61,778 nucleotides of DNA, from the NCBI RefSeq assembly GCF_001194135.2, contig NC_068990.1, positions 35,231,453-35,293,230 of the forward strand, read 5' to 3'. Shown in pieces: positions 12,077 to 25,539 of this stretch; within the stretch, counting starts at the first letter, position 1; the number at the start of each line of letters is the position of its first letter. The stretch comes from Octopus bimaculoides (taxonomy: Eukaryota). The notes beneath the pieces are model-generated. The model saw only the letters and a list, made by a program, of their open reading frames with translations, was not told the origin of the DNA and ran no database searches. Made by a program: the position numbers and the translations under genes.

Positions 12077-12853
12077 TATTATTACTATGATTATTATTAC
12101 TATTATTATTACTATTATTATTATTATTATTATTATGTATCTACTATGTTATTTGAAGAAATTCCCAAGTTTTCTCAATTCTATCCAGCGTGGGAAATAT
12201 TGCTGTCTAATACATTAAAGAGAAATTTCTTTTCCTAAAGCCATCTTAGGAAATATTGAAGATGGATATTAAAATAATTGATTTGTTTATAAACATGAAT
12301 ACTAGAATTTGTTTGGGAGTGGAAATAGCCACAATAGATTTCTGTGACATGCATGTCTCTTTGGAACATTCTGTAATTGATATATACGGAAACACTAGAG
12401 CTAGTGTATTGGTGTCCTGTCAGAATGGGTAGGTGTGGTGTATAAATAATCTTGCAGTGTTTAATTATATATTTTTAAAGTCCTGAGTTCAAATGCTAGT
12501 CAGATCATTTTTTTTTCTTCAATCATTACATGCTCATCAATTTCTCAATATTGTCATAAGGATCGAACTTAAAGAGGGATGTTGGTAAAACTACAATGGA
12601 CTAAACCGATAATGGTTATGAGTGATTAAATAAAAACTATTCAGTATTGGGATCAAATTTAATTGACAATAAATCTCACTCGAATGTAAAACCTTTACGT
12701 CTATCATGAAATCAATATAATTTAATGTATTTTCACCAGAAAGTTGTTACTAACTTTAGAAATTGGTTAAGTCTACATCCTACTGACTCACACCCTATTT
12801 ATTGATATATTTCCTTATAAATCCGTTGAATGTCGGATTCCGTCTTTTAAACA

Positions 12854-12857
<4 letters not shown>

Positions 12858-12910
<53 letters not shown>

Positions 12911-12923
12911 CACCACCACCACC
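12858..12923. repeat. (ACT)n(CCA)n array
   Basis: Directly visible. Confidence 0.95.
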
Positions 12924-13099
12924 GAAGCAGCACCGCTTCCTGTGTCGGCCTTCACACATTTCCTGTGTCCTTTTGTTTACAAGGGGGAGACAAGCACCCC
13001 CACCCAGCTAAGCCTGCATCCAGAGACTAGTTTCTGAGTGTTTGCTCGTCATGAGTCTGGAGTAGCATGGCCTGCTAGTTGGAGATGCCTGTCAAGCTC

Positions 13100-13620
13100 T
13101 TGTAAACATATAATAATTCTAGTGAAATACATTCACTGATTTCAAAAATAGAAATAATACATTTCTAAATCTCTCAGAGAGATTTATGCAGTAGTGATAC
13201 AATAAAGTAGTTGTATGCTGTCAACTTATTGTGACAGTCCCATGAATGGGATTGTGCAATTGGGGTTATTTTTGTTCAGATAAAAGTGTGTGAGAGCGAT
13301 TCAAACTGTAATTCAGGTGAGGTAATTGATTGAATGAAGTAAGTGACAATGGAATTATGAACATAGATGTAAGTGATTATATTCAGGGAAACTGGAATAT
13401 TGAGGAAGATAAAATGTGAGATATTTCCATGTGAAAACCTATCTTTGAGTGATAAAAACAAATAAGCAGCATAAAATCTATTAGTCTATTATTAACAAAT
13501 TTGACAGTAAATAACAGCAGGAAATCTACTAGTCTAGTATGAATTATAATTAGAAATAAGTTGGATAGCAACTGGACTCCTAGTGATCTACTATAGATTA
13601 TTATCAGAAATAAAGTTAAA
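13100..13620 (-). mobile_element. Possible decayed Penelope-like RT C-terminal remnant
   Basis: FIQSITSPELQF and CTIPFMGL resemble N..HP.LKFT.E....IPFLD. Stops and frameshifts throughout. Confidence 0.25.
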
Positions 13621-15618
13621 TAACAAGATATTTATTACTTTACTAGAGGTTACTATGTAATAATGATTTTCTTCATTCTGTCTACATATATTTCTCAAGT
13701 TATAGAAGTTGATGGATCTACTTTTTTATATGAGCTTGGATTATAGTATTAATGCGTCTTACATTAGTGAGCAAAAAATACGCCAGTGGAAGAGATGTTG
13801 CCATGCAGCGACGTATAACATGCTAGAAATAAAAGAAATCATTTAAAATCACACCAACACATCGTTCTGTCGGTTTTAAAGGAAGATCATGCCGTCGAAT
13901 AATATAGTCCTTGATACACAATGCCATAAATTCAGAATGGATGTTTATAGCTGGAATGCGGTAAAGATTATGGTTATCATGACAAGACAATGACTAGCAC
14001 AGCGACAATTGCAATAATAGCACCAAGTGTGGTTTTAACGACAAGAAAACGAAAACCAACAAGAAGGAACGAAACGTTATGCATACAAGTACAAGCCTAA
14101 GCGGTTAACATCAGCAAGAAGGAGTGTAATAACTCTAACACCGATAACAATAATAACAGCGATAAGAACCGCCATCAAAAACAACGTACCGCAAAGTGAG
14201 ATAATGAAAACTATTTGTTGAGGTAGAATATAAACTTCTAAATATCAAATTATCTTTTACAGATTTCATACACTAAAAAACACAACGTACAAAGATAAAG
14301 AGGCTACAACTTTAGTAATAGAAGGGCCGAAATCTTATTCTGCCCCTCTACCACTTCGTCATAAAACCATCTTAGTGTGTGTGTGTGTGTGTGTGCGTGT
14401 ATGAATAGCGTTTAAAATGGAATAAGAGGGCGGCGAATTATAAAAGGGAAGAGCTTAAAGAAATAAACAACACAGATAAACAGTTTCTGATATGCACTGT
14501 ATCAGAAATGTAAAATAAACAAACATTGAAATATATTCTCCATGCTTGCATTCAGTCGCATGCACTCACGGTTACATACAAACACATACGAACACGCGCG
14601 CGCACACGTACACACAGACGCACAAACACACACACACAGACACACACACACACACACATGCTTGTGTATATGAGTGCGTGTGTGTATGTATGAGTGTGTG
14701 TGAGTGCATACGCGATTAAGTTTGTATGTATAGATACATATGTATAGATTCACACGTATATAATAAATCTATCTATGTCTACACATCTTCGTATGATGTG
14801 ATATATATGCATACATACACTCATGCAAACATACATGCATAAATACATAGTACATGCATTCATACATACATACATACATACATACATACATGCATGCATA
14901 GATACATACATACATACATACACAGTTAGATAAGGCGTGTGTGCGTGTCTGCTCATATAAAGGTATCTTGTTGCATCACTCGTAGGTTGAAGAGGAAATT
15001 ATACGTCTTGCAATGGAATGCCATTGAAAGACTCAACTAAATAAACAGAATGATGCAATGTGTTGCCAGAAGACGGAACCTACTCAGAAGTTCAAAGCAA
15101 TTCTTTGTAGTGTTCACCAGGTGTGGTGTTACTACATATTACATAATACTCCTTCTGGTTTTCGATGTATGTCACATGTTACAAAATACATCCGCCAGGT
15201 GCAGAGGTATCTCTTACAGTATACAATATTAGAAATCAGGAAGATTCCTATATATATATTTGGTAAGTACTTAAATACTTGTAATATTAGCTGTATACTC
15301 ACCAATGAACACAGATATATACATCTCTTCATTTTTATAAGCTTTCACAAAGCCAAAAAAATGCCATGACACGAAATCATTGTTTACCTTGTAGTGAAAT
15401 GAGCTTAAAGATATCGAGTAGGACTTGCGTACTAGAGATAACAAGTCGCTGATTCGACTCTAAACAGAATTTCTAACGAATCAGCCCATCGGAAAGTAAA
15501 ATATTTTAAGGGAGAAAATTATAATGAGTTCGATCGAAATTATAATGAGTTCAAAGCTAAAAGTAGAAATTAAATCTACCTAAAATCACTCGTCACACAC
15601 TTTTAAAAAGACACATAC

Positions 15619-15808
15619 AATGATTTAATTCCGGGTACGCTTTTTCTACGCTGCTGTTTATCCTGCTGTGCATGTTTCATGTTTTGTATACATTCCATCG
15701 AAATAGTGTTCCTATCGAGGCATCGATCTAAGCCAATCACTGTTGGCAGATACCTGAAGACCTCTCTTCCCTTTATGATAGATTTGCTCTTTGGAGATAA
15801 TACATGAA
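15619..15808 (-). CDS. Candidate coding exon 3 of an unknown minus-strand gene (HVLSPKSKSIIKGREVFRYLPTVIG...QQRRKSVPGIKS)
   Basis: 190 nt, acceptor cttag, donor TT|GTATGT, phase 1 to 2, open in only one frame. Confidence 0.4.
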
Positions 15809-16122
15809 CTAAGACTATATAGTACCAGAATTTGTCGACCGGCACTCTCATAATTCCTTTCAGTTTATATTGGTACTTTATTTATCGAGAACTATAAGAA
15901 GACGATTTACGTGTGAATGGAATTCAAAAAGACAAAACCTGTAGCGTTTAATTCAAGAACAATCTATCCGACGTCCTAAGGACCCTTCCATTTTGCTTCT
16001 TTTAACTGCAGATAAAATAAGAATGGAAAAAAACTGCGGGATGAGCATAATATGCGTTGGTACTAATAATATGCGTTGGGGGAAGCGCTAGTATCAACGT
16101 TTCCTTTATTAGCATGTCTCAC

Positions 16123-16265
16123 GGTTGTGAGTTGTCTTTTTTCTTCCACTTTCTCTGTTCTTCTTCATTTCCTTGCTGCAATCATTTCTCAGAATGACAT
16201 CAGAGTGCCGATGTGTGGTATAATCATAGAAGAGAACAGTGGATGTCGAGTTTCTTCCGTTGTAT
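16123..16265 (-). CDS. Candidate coding exon 2 (YNGRNSTSTVLFYDYTTHRHSDVILRNDCSKEMKKNRESGRKKTTHN)
   Basis: 143 nt, pyrimidine-rich acceptor cccctttatcttctttttatatataaaag, donor ACC|GTGAGA, phase 2 to 1, matching both neighbours. Confidence 0.4.
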
Positions 16266-16535
16266 CTTTTATATATAAAAAGAAGATAAAGGGGCTTTAA
16301 AATTTACTGCACCTGTTTAAGCAACACTTTATTCATTGATTCAACATAGCATTTAATTCACCATCTTTAGGCACACTTTAAAACAGATAAAAACAATACC
16401 TTGATTGTACGAAACCAACTAACATTGCTGGTAGATTATATGATATGGTGTAATCTATGAATATATCGATAACATTTTACCGAAATGGCTGTTGTAGATT
16501 TTGGTACCCATTTATGTTCTTTCTTTTATACTTAC

Positions 16536-16630
16536 ACCGGACCTAAAACCAGCCCTGAATCGGATGGACGGCTTAAATTGGATTTAATGATACCTTCGTT
16601 CGTGTTATTGTACCTAACCATTTTTTGCAT
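16536..16630 (-). CDS. Candidate first coding exon (MQKMVRYNNTNEGIIKSNLSRPSDSGLVLGP)
   Basis: ATG in acaATG context, second ATG aaaATGg, consensus donor GGT|GTAAGT, phase 2. Confidence 0.4.
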
Positions 16631-16674
16631 TGTACGTGTTGATGTTCCTGGATTCCACTGAATCCCATAACTAT

Positions 16675-16675
<1 letters not shown>

Positions 16676-16751
<76 letters not shown>

Positions 16752-16790
16752 TTATCTATCTATATATTTATTTCTTTATCTATCTATCTA
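16676..16790. repeat. (TATC)n tetranucleotide array
   Basis: Directly visible. Confidence 0.95.
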
Positions 16791-16908
16791 TATATCTTGT
16801 TCTTTCATGTGTTTATGCATATGTATACGTATATGTATATATATGGTAATTCGTTTAATTATATGCTTGGATGTACATAATCACATTATTATACATACAG
16901 GTAACTAA

Positions 16909-16946
<38 letters not shown>

Positions 16947-17163
16947 CTATACATATACATACGTACATATAACATATACGTATCCATACACACACATGCT
17001 CACATATATATCCATAAACGTAAATATGCATATATATATTATATACATTCAATTCTACCTACACATATATCCATTCATCCATTTATCCATCCATCTTTCC
17101 ATCCATCCATCCACCCATCCAGCTAGCCAGCCATACATACATGCATGCATACATACTTACATG

Positions 17164-17197
<34 letters not shown>

Positions 17198-17269
17198 CAT
17201 ATATATATATACATACATACATAATAAAGAAAGAGAGTCGTACTTAGAATCAACTCATAACTTTTCTTA

Positions 17270-17401
17270 CCACTTAAATACCAAATTGAATAGGTAAACC
17301 AATTCCAGCAAATTTACGATCTCATTCACTAGTCTCCTGTTCTTTATTCCCCATATCCAATATTTCTTCTGTTCATTCAACTATGTTTCACTATCTCTTA
17401 G
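17270..17401 (-). other. Candidate non-coding (5' UTR) exon of the minus-strand gene
   Basis: Acceptor cttcttatctgtag and donor GTG|GTAAGA; all three frames are closed early. Confidence 0.3.
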
Positions 17402-17756
17402 CTACAGATAAGAAGTTTGTTTACTTTGAAATATAGAATATAGCTCTGTTGTTTGTTTACTTGTTTTATGAAATTGAATATGTTTCACTCTGATATATTG
17501 ATTATAATTTAATCAACAGAAAGAAATAACAATGTGGTGTGTGTAGGAGCATGTGTGTACGAGTGCTGTATGTGTGTGTGTGTGTGTGTGTGTGCGTGTG
17601 TTTGCGCGCTGGCGGCTGTTTCTGCGTATATACTCACAACCGCACACGCTGATTCATGTATAGACAAGTGAGCACTTACATATAACGTATTTACAGATAT
17701 ACATACGTATATAAATGCATCATTGCTCACACACACGCGTATATATGTGTATATAC

Positions 17757-17802
<46 letters not shown>

Positions 17803-18362
17803 ATATATTTATATATATGTGTGTGTGTGTGTGGATATATATATATATAATCACATATATATACACATAAATACATATAAATACACACACCCACACATAT
17901 ATACACATATATACACACATATATATATGTACAGATACATATATATACATACACTCACACACACACGCATGCATACACACACACGCACACCTATACATAT
18001 ATAGAGAGATATATGGAAAAATATATGCACAATCAAAAATCACTGACACACGCACTCACACAATCATTGACTGATAAAAAACTGTGTATTATATGTATAT
18101 ATGCCTTTTTTACCTACCTCCGAAACCTTTCGTGCCATGATGGTTGTGTGTGTGTGTGTGTGCCATTTGTTCATAGCCTTGATTGCACGTAGCTGTATTT
18201 GTGTGTGGTTTCCTTCTTGTTTCACACTGTTTAAATATTCGCTAGTATCGTGCATTGTGTTGCCGCTATTCTTGGTCTCTGTACTGCATGGCTGCCACTG
18301 CATTACTTTCATTGGCTTTTGGCACCTGTTTTTTCTAAGTTTATCACTATTATTCCTTTTAA

Positions 18363-18572
18363 GGCGGCGATATGGCAGAATTGTTAGCAGGTCAGGCGAA
18401 ATGCTTAGTGGAATTTCATCTATCTTGAAGCTCTGAATTCAAATGGCACCGGGTCGACTTTTCCTTTCATCCTTTTGAGGTTGCTAAAATAACTACCAAT
18501 TAAATCCTGGGGCCGATATAATCGACTTACGCCTTCCCTAAAACTGCTGGTTTTGTGCCAAAATATGGAACC
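18363..18572 (+). mobile_element. SINE family B
   Basis: GGCGGCGATATGGCAGAATTGTTAGC ... GAATTCAAAT ... GTGCCAAAATATGGAACC. Confidence 0.85.
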
Positions 18573-18807
18573 ATTATTATTATTCCTTCTGGCTTTATTC
18601 TAGTTCATGCAGGAATACTGAATATGTAGCACTTTATCTGCATCTCAAGTGCTTTATTGAATAATATTTTATGTTATAAAAACAATACTTGGTCCTAAAT
18701 CGTTTAACCCTGATGTTCTATTGACGGGCCTATCGTGAAATTCGTTTCCGTAACTTTCCACAAATCTCTGGATATTTCTAAATGTTGCCTCTCATTAGGT
18801 AGACCTA

Positions 18808-19140
18808 AGACCCCCTTCGGTCATGACTGACCATGGGATTGTACCTAGAAAGTTACCCTCCCAGACACAAGTCCGGGCAAGGTTGTTTATGAACGACCAG
18901 CAATCGCCCATGCATACCAGCCTCCCCTCTCCACGCTACCAGTGTTATCCAAGAGAAAGGCAAAGGCTGATACAGCTTGGCACCAGTGACATCGCAACTC
19001 ATTTCTACATCTGAGTGAACTGGAGCAACGTGAAATAAAGTGTCTTGCTCATGAACACAACACACAGCCCGGTCCGAGATTCGAACTTACAACTTCACGA
19101 TCGTAAGCTCGACACTCTAACCACTGAACCATGCGCCTTC
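18808..19140 (-). mobile_element. tRNA-derived SINE family C with perfect 11-bp target-site duplication
   Basis: Head GAAGGCGCATGGTTCAGTGGTTAGAG...AGTTCGAATCTCGG; TTAGGTAGACC at 18797-18807 and 19141-19151. Confidence 0.9.
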
Positions 19141-20137
19141 TTAGGTAGACCACGGTTGTTATAAATGCTTTAATTTTTCATAGTAACTTAGTATAAACAA
19201 TGAAATATGATGATTCATGATGACAGGATGACTTCCAATTCTGATCCTAAACGGTGAAATCAAAGCGAGATTTAATATTCCAAGTTACAGAATAAACAGC
19301 TTCCATCATGTCACCGTCATTTCCCACAAGTGTTTTAAGAATGAATCTCGTTTGACAGCCTGTCTGCAGTAACTTACCGGTTTCTTAGTAGGATGCACAA
19401 ACCGTCACAGCTCATTATAATTTTCAGATTTTTCGATGATTGACCTTCTGGAATTTTGAATCTCTTTTTAACTAAAGTGATCAGACTAAGACGATAAGAG
19501 TGACTCGTAGTGCAGTGCTCCAAAAGTTTCAGTAATGATTGATGAATATATATACATACATATAAGTAACAAAGATGTCCAGGTATCTATGCATCGTAGA
19601 TTGATAGATAGAGAGATGAACGTGTGGATAGGTGGAAAGGTACATGGAGATACAAAATGTTGGACAGACATAGAAAGATGGACAGTGATATAACATAACG
19701 ATGTATTATTGTATAAAATAAATATTGATGATTTCATTTGTGTGTGTGTATGTGTATGTGTGTGTGTGTGTGTATGTGTGTGTGTGAGTGTGTGTATGTA
19801 AAATCTGGATGTAATTCACAATTGATTGTGGAGAGTTGGAGAGGACGAGATAAACAAACGGCGAAATTCACGAGAAGGTACTCTATTGGGATAAAAATGT
19901 AAATATCTATTTCTAACAACAATACAGAAACAAAATTGTCTCGCCTATTTAATTCAATACATCAATACTTTTGGTCTTGTATATATACCCATAAACTAAT
20001 TACGATTTCGGTTAGAATATAATTATGTTTACTATACACTGAGAAGACAAGATCATACGTTTAAGAAGTATTTTGAAAGGATCTTAGTAAATGACCGCTC
20101 TGTGTGTGTGTGTGTATGTGTTTGAGAGAGATAGAGG

Positions 20138-20177
<40 letters not shown>

Positions 20178-20329
20178 TTGTGTGTGTGTGTCTGTGTGTG
20201 ACTGCGTGTGTGTGTGTAATTGTGTGTGTGTGTGTGTGTGTGTATGTGTACATGTGTTGTGTTGCGTATACGATTACGTCTGTGAATACATCTATTGGTA
20301 GATATCTCAATATTTGCTTTGTTGGTCTA

Positions 20330-20720
20330 TATTAAGAGATTTTTATATGGGGGCTGATTGAAAAACGATGGTAACGAATTTATTTTGACATAAACTAAAA
20401 TATATAGGCAAATTATACTGTGGTGCTGTATAGCCGATGCCGCAACTCCAAGTAAATTATTACCACTGATATTGTAGAGTAAAGTGGAATTAAAGTAAAG
20501 AATGTGCCATGGAACATTGAAATTTGCAACCCAAGCTTTTGATAACTGATAAATCTAATTTTGGTTTATTTCTCTCAGGTTTCGATCACCACTTAGACAA
20601 ACTACTTATGATACCTTAGATTTGCTTAAGGCTTCTAATTGTCACGGAAATGCAATTGCTGATAGAATATCCATTGCTAAATGGAGTCCGTTTCATTAAT
20701 TATGTGACTTTGAAGGAACA
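20330..20720 (+). mobile_element. Possible decayed hAT transposase C-terminal remnant (alternatively a terminal exon at 20580-20700)
   Basis: YMGLIEKRW* resembles hAT I..RW..QL, and SIAKWSPF resembles CERNWS.F. Weak. Confidence 0.28.
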
Positions 20721-20871
20721 AAAGGAATGGAAGACAAAAATGAAACCAAAATAAAATATAACGATACATATAAAACAGAGATTTCCATATCAATCATCTA
20801 CAGGATGTGGGTCCTTCTTTCACACTCTGACAAATAAACTTCTGACGGACGTTTCTTGAATACTCTGCAAT

Positions 20872-21250
20872 GTTTGTTTGTTGGCACTCCGTCACTTATG
20901 ACGTCGAGGGTTCCAGTTGATCCGATCAACGGAACAGCCTGCTCGTGAAATTAACGTGCAAGTGGCTGAGCAATCCACAGACACGTGTACCCTTAACGTA
21001 GTTCTCGGGGGTATTCAGCGTGACACGGTGTGACAAGGCTGACCCTTTGAATTACAGGTACAACAGAAACAGGAAGTAAGAGTGAGAGAAAGTTGTAGTA
21101 CAGCAGGGTTCACCACCATCTCCTGCCGGGGCTTCGTGGAGCTTTAGGTGTTTTCACTCAGTAAACACTCACAACGCCCGGTCTGGGAATCGAAACCGCG
21201 ATCCTACGACCGCGAGTCCGCTGCCCTAACCACTGGGCCATTGCGCCTCC
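20872..21250 (-). mobile_element. tRNA-derived SINE family D, full length, with short (AAAC)n-type tail
   Basis: Head GGAGGCGCAATGGCCCAGTGGTTAGGGCAGCGGACTCGCGGTCGTAGGATCGCGGTTTCGATTCCCAGACC has A and B boxes and a tRNA-like layout. Confidence 0.88.
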
Positions 21251-21339
21251 ACTACTCAGCATTAAATAATATTTATTTACCTAAGCCCCCACCCTTATGA
21301 AACATAGGTGATTAACGACTTTCTCCACCGTTCTCGACC

Positions 21340-22400
21340 TTTGCCTTCCTCTGCCAGGTTTTCGTTCTACATTGTCATCGATATTACTGTAAATTTGATT
21401 GTTTTCTAGGTAAGAGTGTTGACCCAACGTAAACACATGTTTAACTCCGAGAAGTGTTACATCAAGTAAGCAATCTTTTTATGCATGCTGCATTGCTTCG
21501 TCTCTCTAACCCAGTAGATGGTGGATGTGGCTGATACCATTCTATATCAATTCGAAGTAATGTCAGGAGTAAAAATAGATCTGAAATGTTCAGTGAGTTT
21601 CAGTTTGGTACCTAGAAAGGCAAGGTTTTGTCATTGGATAGTAAGTAACACTAAAGAATTAACGAATTCAATAAGCTATTTAAACGTGTCCCCAGCCCAA
21701 ATTTTATCCAGCTCAAACTATTAATTCTCGATAGTCCTGCCTTTGTAGGAACGGGTTATGGAACAGCATCTATAGAAGAAGCGAAACAGGACACCGTTCA
21801 CGGATTGTGGACGAGATATGAGAGAGTTCTGAGAGGTGACCATTCCCTCCGACCATTGTGCTTTGCTGAGATTCAGTTCATTAAAACGGATACAAAAGCA
21901 ACAACTTTTAGGACTGTTTCCAATTTGTACTGAACGACGCGATCGAAAGCTTTACTAATCCAAATTGATCAGGATCACTACAAAGACATGTTTGTTTGCC
22001 CGCCACCATTTATGATGAAAGTGTGTGAGGTTGGCAAGAAGGGCCCGGGTGGATAGGTTTACTCTCAGTGTATGCTGGCTGGAGAATACAAATAGGAGAG
22101 GTCACTTTCGTGACGCTAATATTTGATATGAAGTGTTCATTGCTTGGCGCTAAATCTTTGCCAGACGATTGGATTTTCTGAGTTTATTATGTTATATGAT
22201 TTCTAGTTTCCAGCAAGTTTTCTGGGGGGCAGAATCTCGTTCCCAAGGAGAATTTGAAGAATTTGAGGTCATGGATGGAAGAGATTAAACCTGCTCCCAT
22301 TCCTTTCTATTCCTTCAACTATACACATTTTGCCATAGCCACCCAACAAAGATTCAAATGCTCTTTTTGGCTAAATGAAGGCATCGGAACGATGCACAGA
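21340..22400 (-). mobile_element. Degraded CR1/L2/Jockey-type LINE ORF2 RT remnant
   Basis: Minus strand ttggat-tagtaaagctttcgatcgcgtc reads LD(I)SKAFDRV with a small deletion near 21935-21965. Flanking sequence is decayed coding-like; boundaries approximate. Confidence 0.55.
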
Positions 22401-24358
22401 TAAAGTCAACAGTTGTAATAAAATGCAACACAATATTTATTATGTCAGAGATTCAACTTATAAGGACATAGGGATAAAACTGAAAATAGCTATGTATTTC
22501 TGTGCAATGTATCTCGGGAAAATTAATCTGATGAAGCCAATCATACTTTGAGTTTTTCAGTAATCATTCCCAGGGGTATTACTCCCCTACCCCAGACAAT
22601 ATCTGAATTCAGTGAGGCAAGTGATGAAAACTGTTGTTAATTATTCAGTACCTCCACTGAATACAGATACAGAAATTAGGACCCAATATAGCTACATCAT
22701 ATTTCCTCATTCTGTATGAAATTTCATTCTTTATTTTTATTTCATTCCAGAAATAGAGCGTCTTTATGATTTTTAAGAATATTAAGAAGCGCATTTATTG
22801 CGTGTATGCTAATGAAAACTCCAAGGAAATGTCTGATGCCATTAAGCAAGCAATATAATGGCAATTATTTATAAGGAACTTCAAGTAATTCGCCTATCGA
22901 CTGGATATTAGTTGAATTGAATCAGAAGGCGATAAATTTAATTTCTGAGGAATACAGAAATCTTTTTCGTATCTAAATTTAATATTCGGCTATAACTACA
23001 TGTTGGCCGTAATAGCTGATAGTTTCAGCAAATGGAATGGTGGAAATGAATATAATATAATAATGAAAGATACAGAATCAGACCAGATCTAGAAAAGTAT
23101 AGTGATAATAGTGGTGGCGGTGGCGGTGGTGAAGATGGCGGCGGTGGTGGTGGTGGTGATGATGGTGGTGGTGGTGTTGGTGTTGGTAGAGTAGTGGTAA
23201 TGGTAGTGGTGGTATGGTAATGGTGGTAGTAAAAGACTGCCACAAGAACGAAGAAATGTGATTTCATTTAGGAATCTCAGTATTAAAACTTCAGTGTATT
23301 ATTTATGTTGGCAAGAGATTTACTAATATATTTAATGCTTCTTTCCATTTAAGATAGCAGAATTCAAAAATGATGTCGATGATTATTGCGAGGATGGTGT
23401 TAATGATAATAGTAGCAGTACAATAAAGAAACAATAAAAAATTCCGTATACAAAAAAGAAAGAATAATGAACTATTATATGAGCAAGAACAACAAGAGTA
23501 ATCAAAATAATTCCTGTTTTAGTCGGAGGTTCCTCACATATACTTGCCAAACATTTACTCCAAAATAGTTACAAACAAACATGTTGGATTGTATACACGC
23601 ACATGAAATTCGGGAGAGTAGGAAAAACAAATTAGAAATTTATAATATGAAAACAAAGGCAACACTGCATACAGCATATCGAATCCCCTCTTCAAACCTC
23701 AGCCATATTAGTTCCGTGTTCTTTCACCTTACTACTATAAACTTTATACAAAACTGAAAAAGTGGCCTCTTCGTATGTACTTGTGCCAATTTCACCTGAT
23801 TTCATGAATTTTGTTTGTCAAGGAAAGGAAATTACTTCCATCAACATCCTCTTCAGAATGAAACTTAAAGAATTTAATGAAGATTTTGTTGTAGATATAA
23901 AATCTTGTGACTTCTACACCTAATCCTTTAAATATCACAATAAAAACACTTCTACTATAGCAGTACGTTGTTGCAGACTATACGTAATTATAACTATTGA
24001 GACATTATGCCAATAGTCATCAATCATCGGACGCTGAATGAAGGATCTCCATGCATCTCGGTTGAACCCAACTGACGTCAGTTGGCGTCTTAAAATCTTT
24101 AACCCAAGTAGTAGCGCTCCTCACATTAGTAGATGGATGGAACAATATTTATATATATATANNNNNNNNNNNNNNNNNNNNNNNNNNNNNNNNNNNNNNN
24201 NNNNNNNNNNNNNNNNNNNNNNNNNNNNNNNNNNNNNNNNNNNNNNNNNNNNNNNNNNNNNNNNNNNNNNNNNNNNNNNNNNNNNNNNNNNNNNNNNNNN
24301 NNNNNNNNNNNNNNNNNNNNNNNNNNNNNNNNNNNNNNNNNNNNNNNNNNNNNNNNNN

Positions 24359-24396
<38 letters not shown>

Positions 24397-24467
24397 TATA
24401 TACATACACATATACATACATACATATATATATACATGCATATATATATACATATATATGTATATAA

Positions 24468-24630
24468 CCGGCGTTGGTGTGCTTATGTTCCTGTAACTTA
24501 GCAGTTTGGCAAAAAGCAGCCGATTAAATAAATACCTAGAAATGATTCTGTCATTTATAAACTCTTCAAAGCGGTGCCCCAGCATGGCCGCAGTCTAATG
24601 GTTGAAACAAGTAATGGATAAAAGATAATG
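24468..24630 (+). mobile_element. SINE family A 3' part following a gap and (TA)n
   Basis: GCGGTGCCCCAGCATGGCCGCAGTC...GAAACAAGTA matches the tail of the 5244-5549 copy. Confidence 0.75.
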
Positions 24631-24906
24631 ATAAAAGATATTGTGTACTGTTACCGTGGCCTACTACCACGTGGCTGGAATCACGCCACGCGTTGAACAA
24701 ACAGATATATAACGTGACACCGCTCGATAATCCTCTAATAAAACACGCAAAGAATAGAATTTTGATAAAACTAACGATATGCGTTACATTTTTAACTCCA
24801 ATAAAGAAATGCAAATTTTGTTGAATATACCTACGCAATTTCCGATATATATATATATAACTATGTTTCCTTATATCTTACCACCTGTAATAGGTGTGCG
24901 TGTGGT

Positions 24907-24937
<31 letters not shown>

Positions 24938-25539
24938 GTTATTATTATTTTTTCTCTTTCTCTCTCTCTCTCTCCCTCTCTCTCTCACACAGACGTACAC
25001 ATGTATATATGTACCTGTCACCCCTTTAAGTGTGCTAATGCATCTGTATATACTTATTTTTATGTTTGTATGTATGAACAATGAGTGAATTTTGTAATGC
25101 TATTGACGTAATAAAGTCTCGCAAGGTATTAACATACTGGATATGAGAATTTAACACCATTATCAAGAAGCAGCAATTATTGCATATTTCATAGCGATGG
25201 TGTGAAATATTGGAAAGAGACTTAAGTAAACTTGTAATGAGAGTGTTCAGAAATATATGCCATTCCATAAATTAAACTGACATAGAATGCATGGGAAATG
25301 AGTGTGTATATAAGTGTATGCACGTACACATACATGCATATATTCATACATACATACACACATTCATACATAAATACATATATATGTATATATACATACA
25401 GCGGTAGAGAAAGAGATAGAAAGAAAGAAGGAAGGGAAAGAGAAGACAAGAGAATCATACACATATGTTTTGTATGGATGGTGGATAAAACGTTAGGAAG
25501 TTCATTTACGAAGATCGTTTAATATGCATTGAGTAAGAT

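Noticed and set aside
14990-15350. Penelope-like wording TCDIHRKP and IARRII on the minus strand, plus several splice-like sites on both strands
   Set aside because: Motif spacing does not fit well and the readings conflict, so neither a TE nor further exons could be called with confidence.
18808-21250. tRNA-like heads of SINE families C and D as tRNA genes
   Set aside because: They continue into SINE bodies with tails or TSDs and lack a proper acceptor-stem end.
22562-22611. Possible plus-strand mini-exon VIIPRGITPLPRQYLNS
   Set aside because: Isolated, with no phase-linked partners or recognisable homology.
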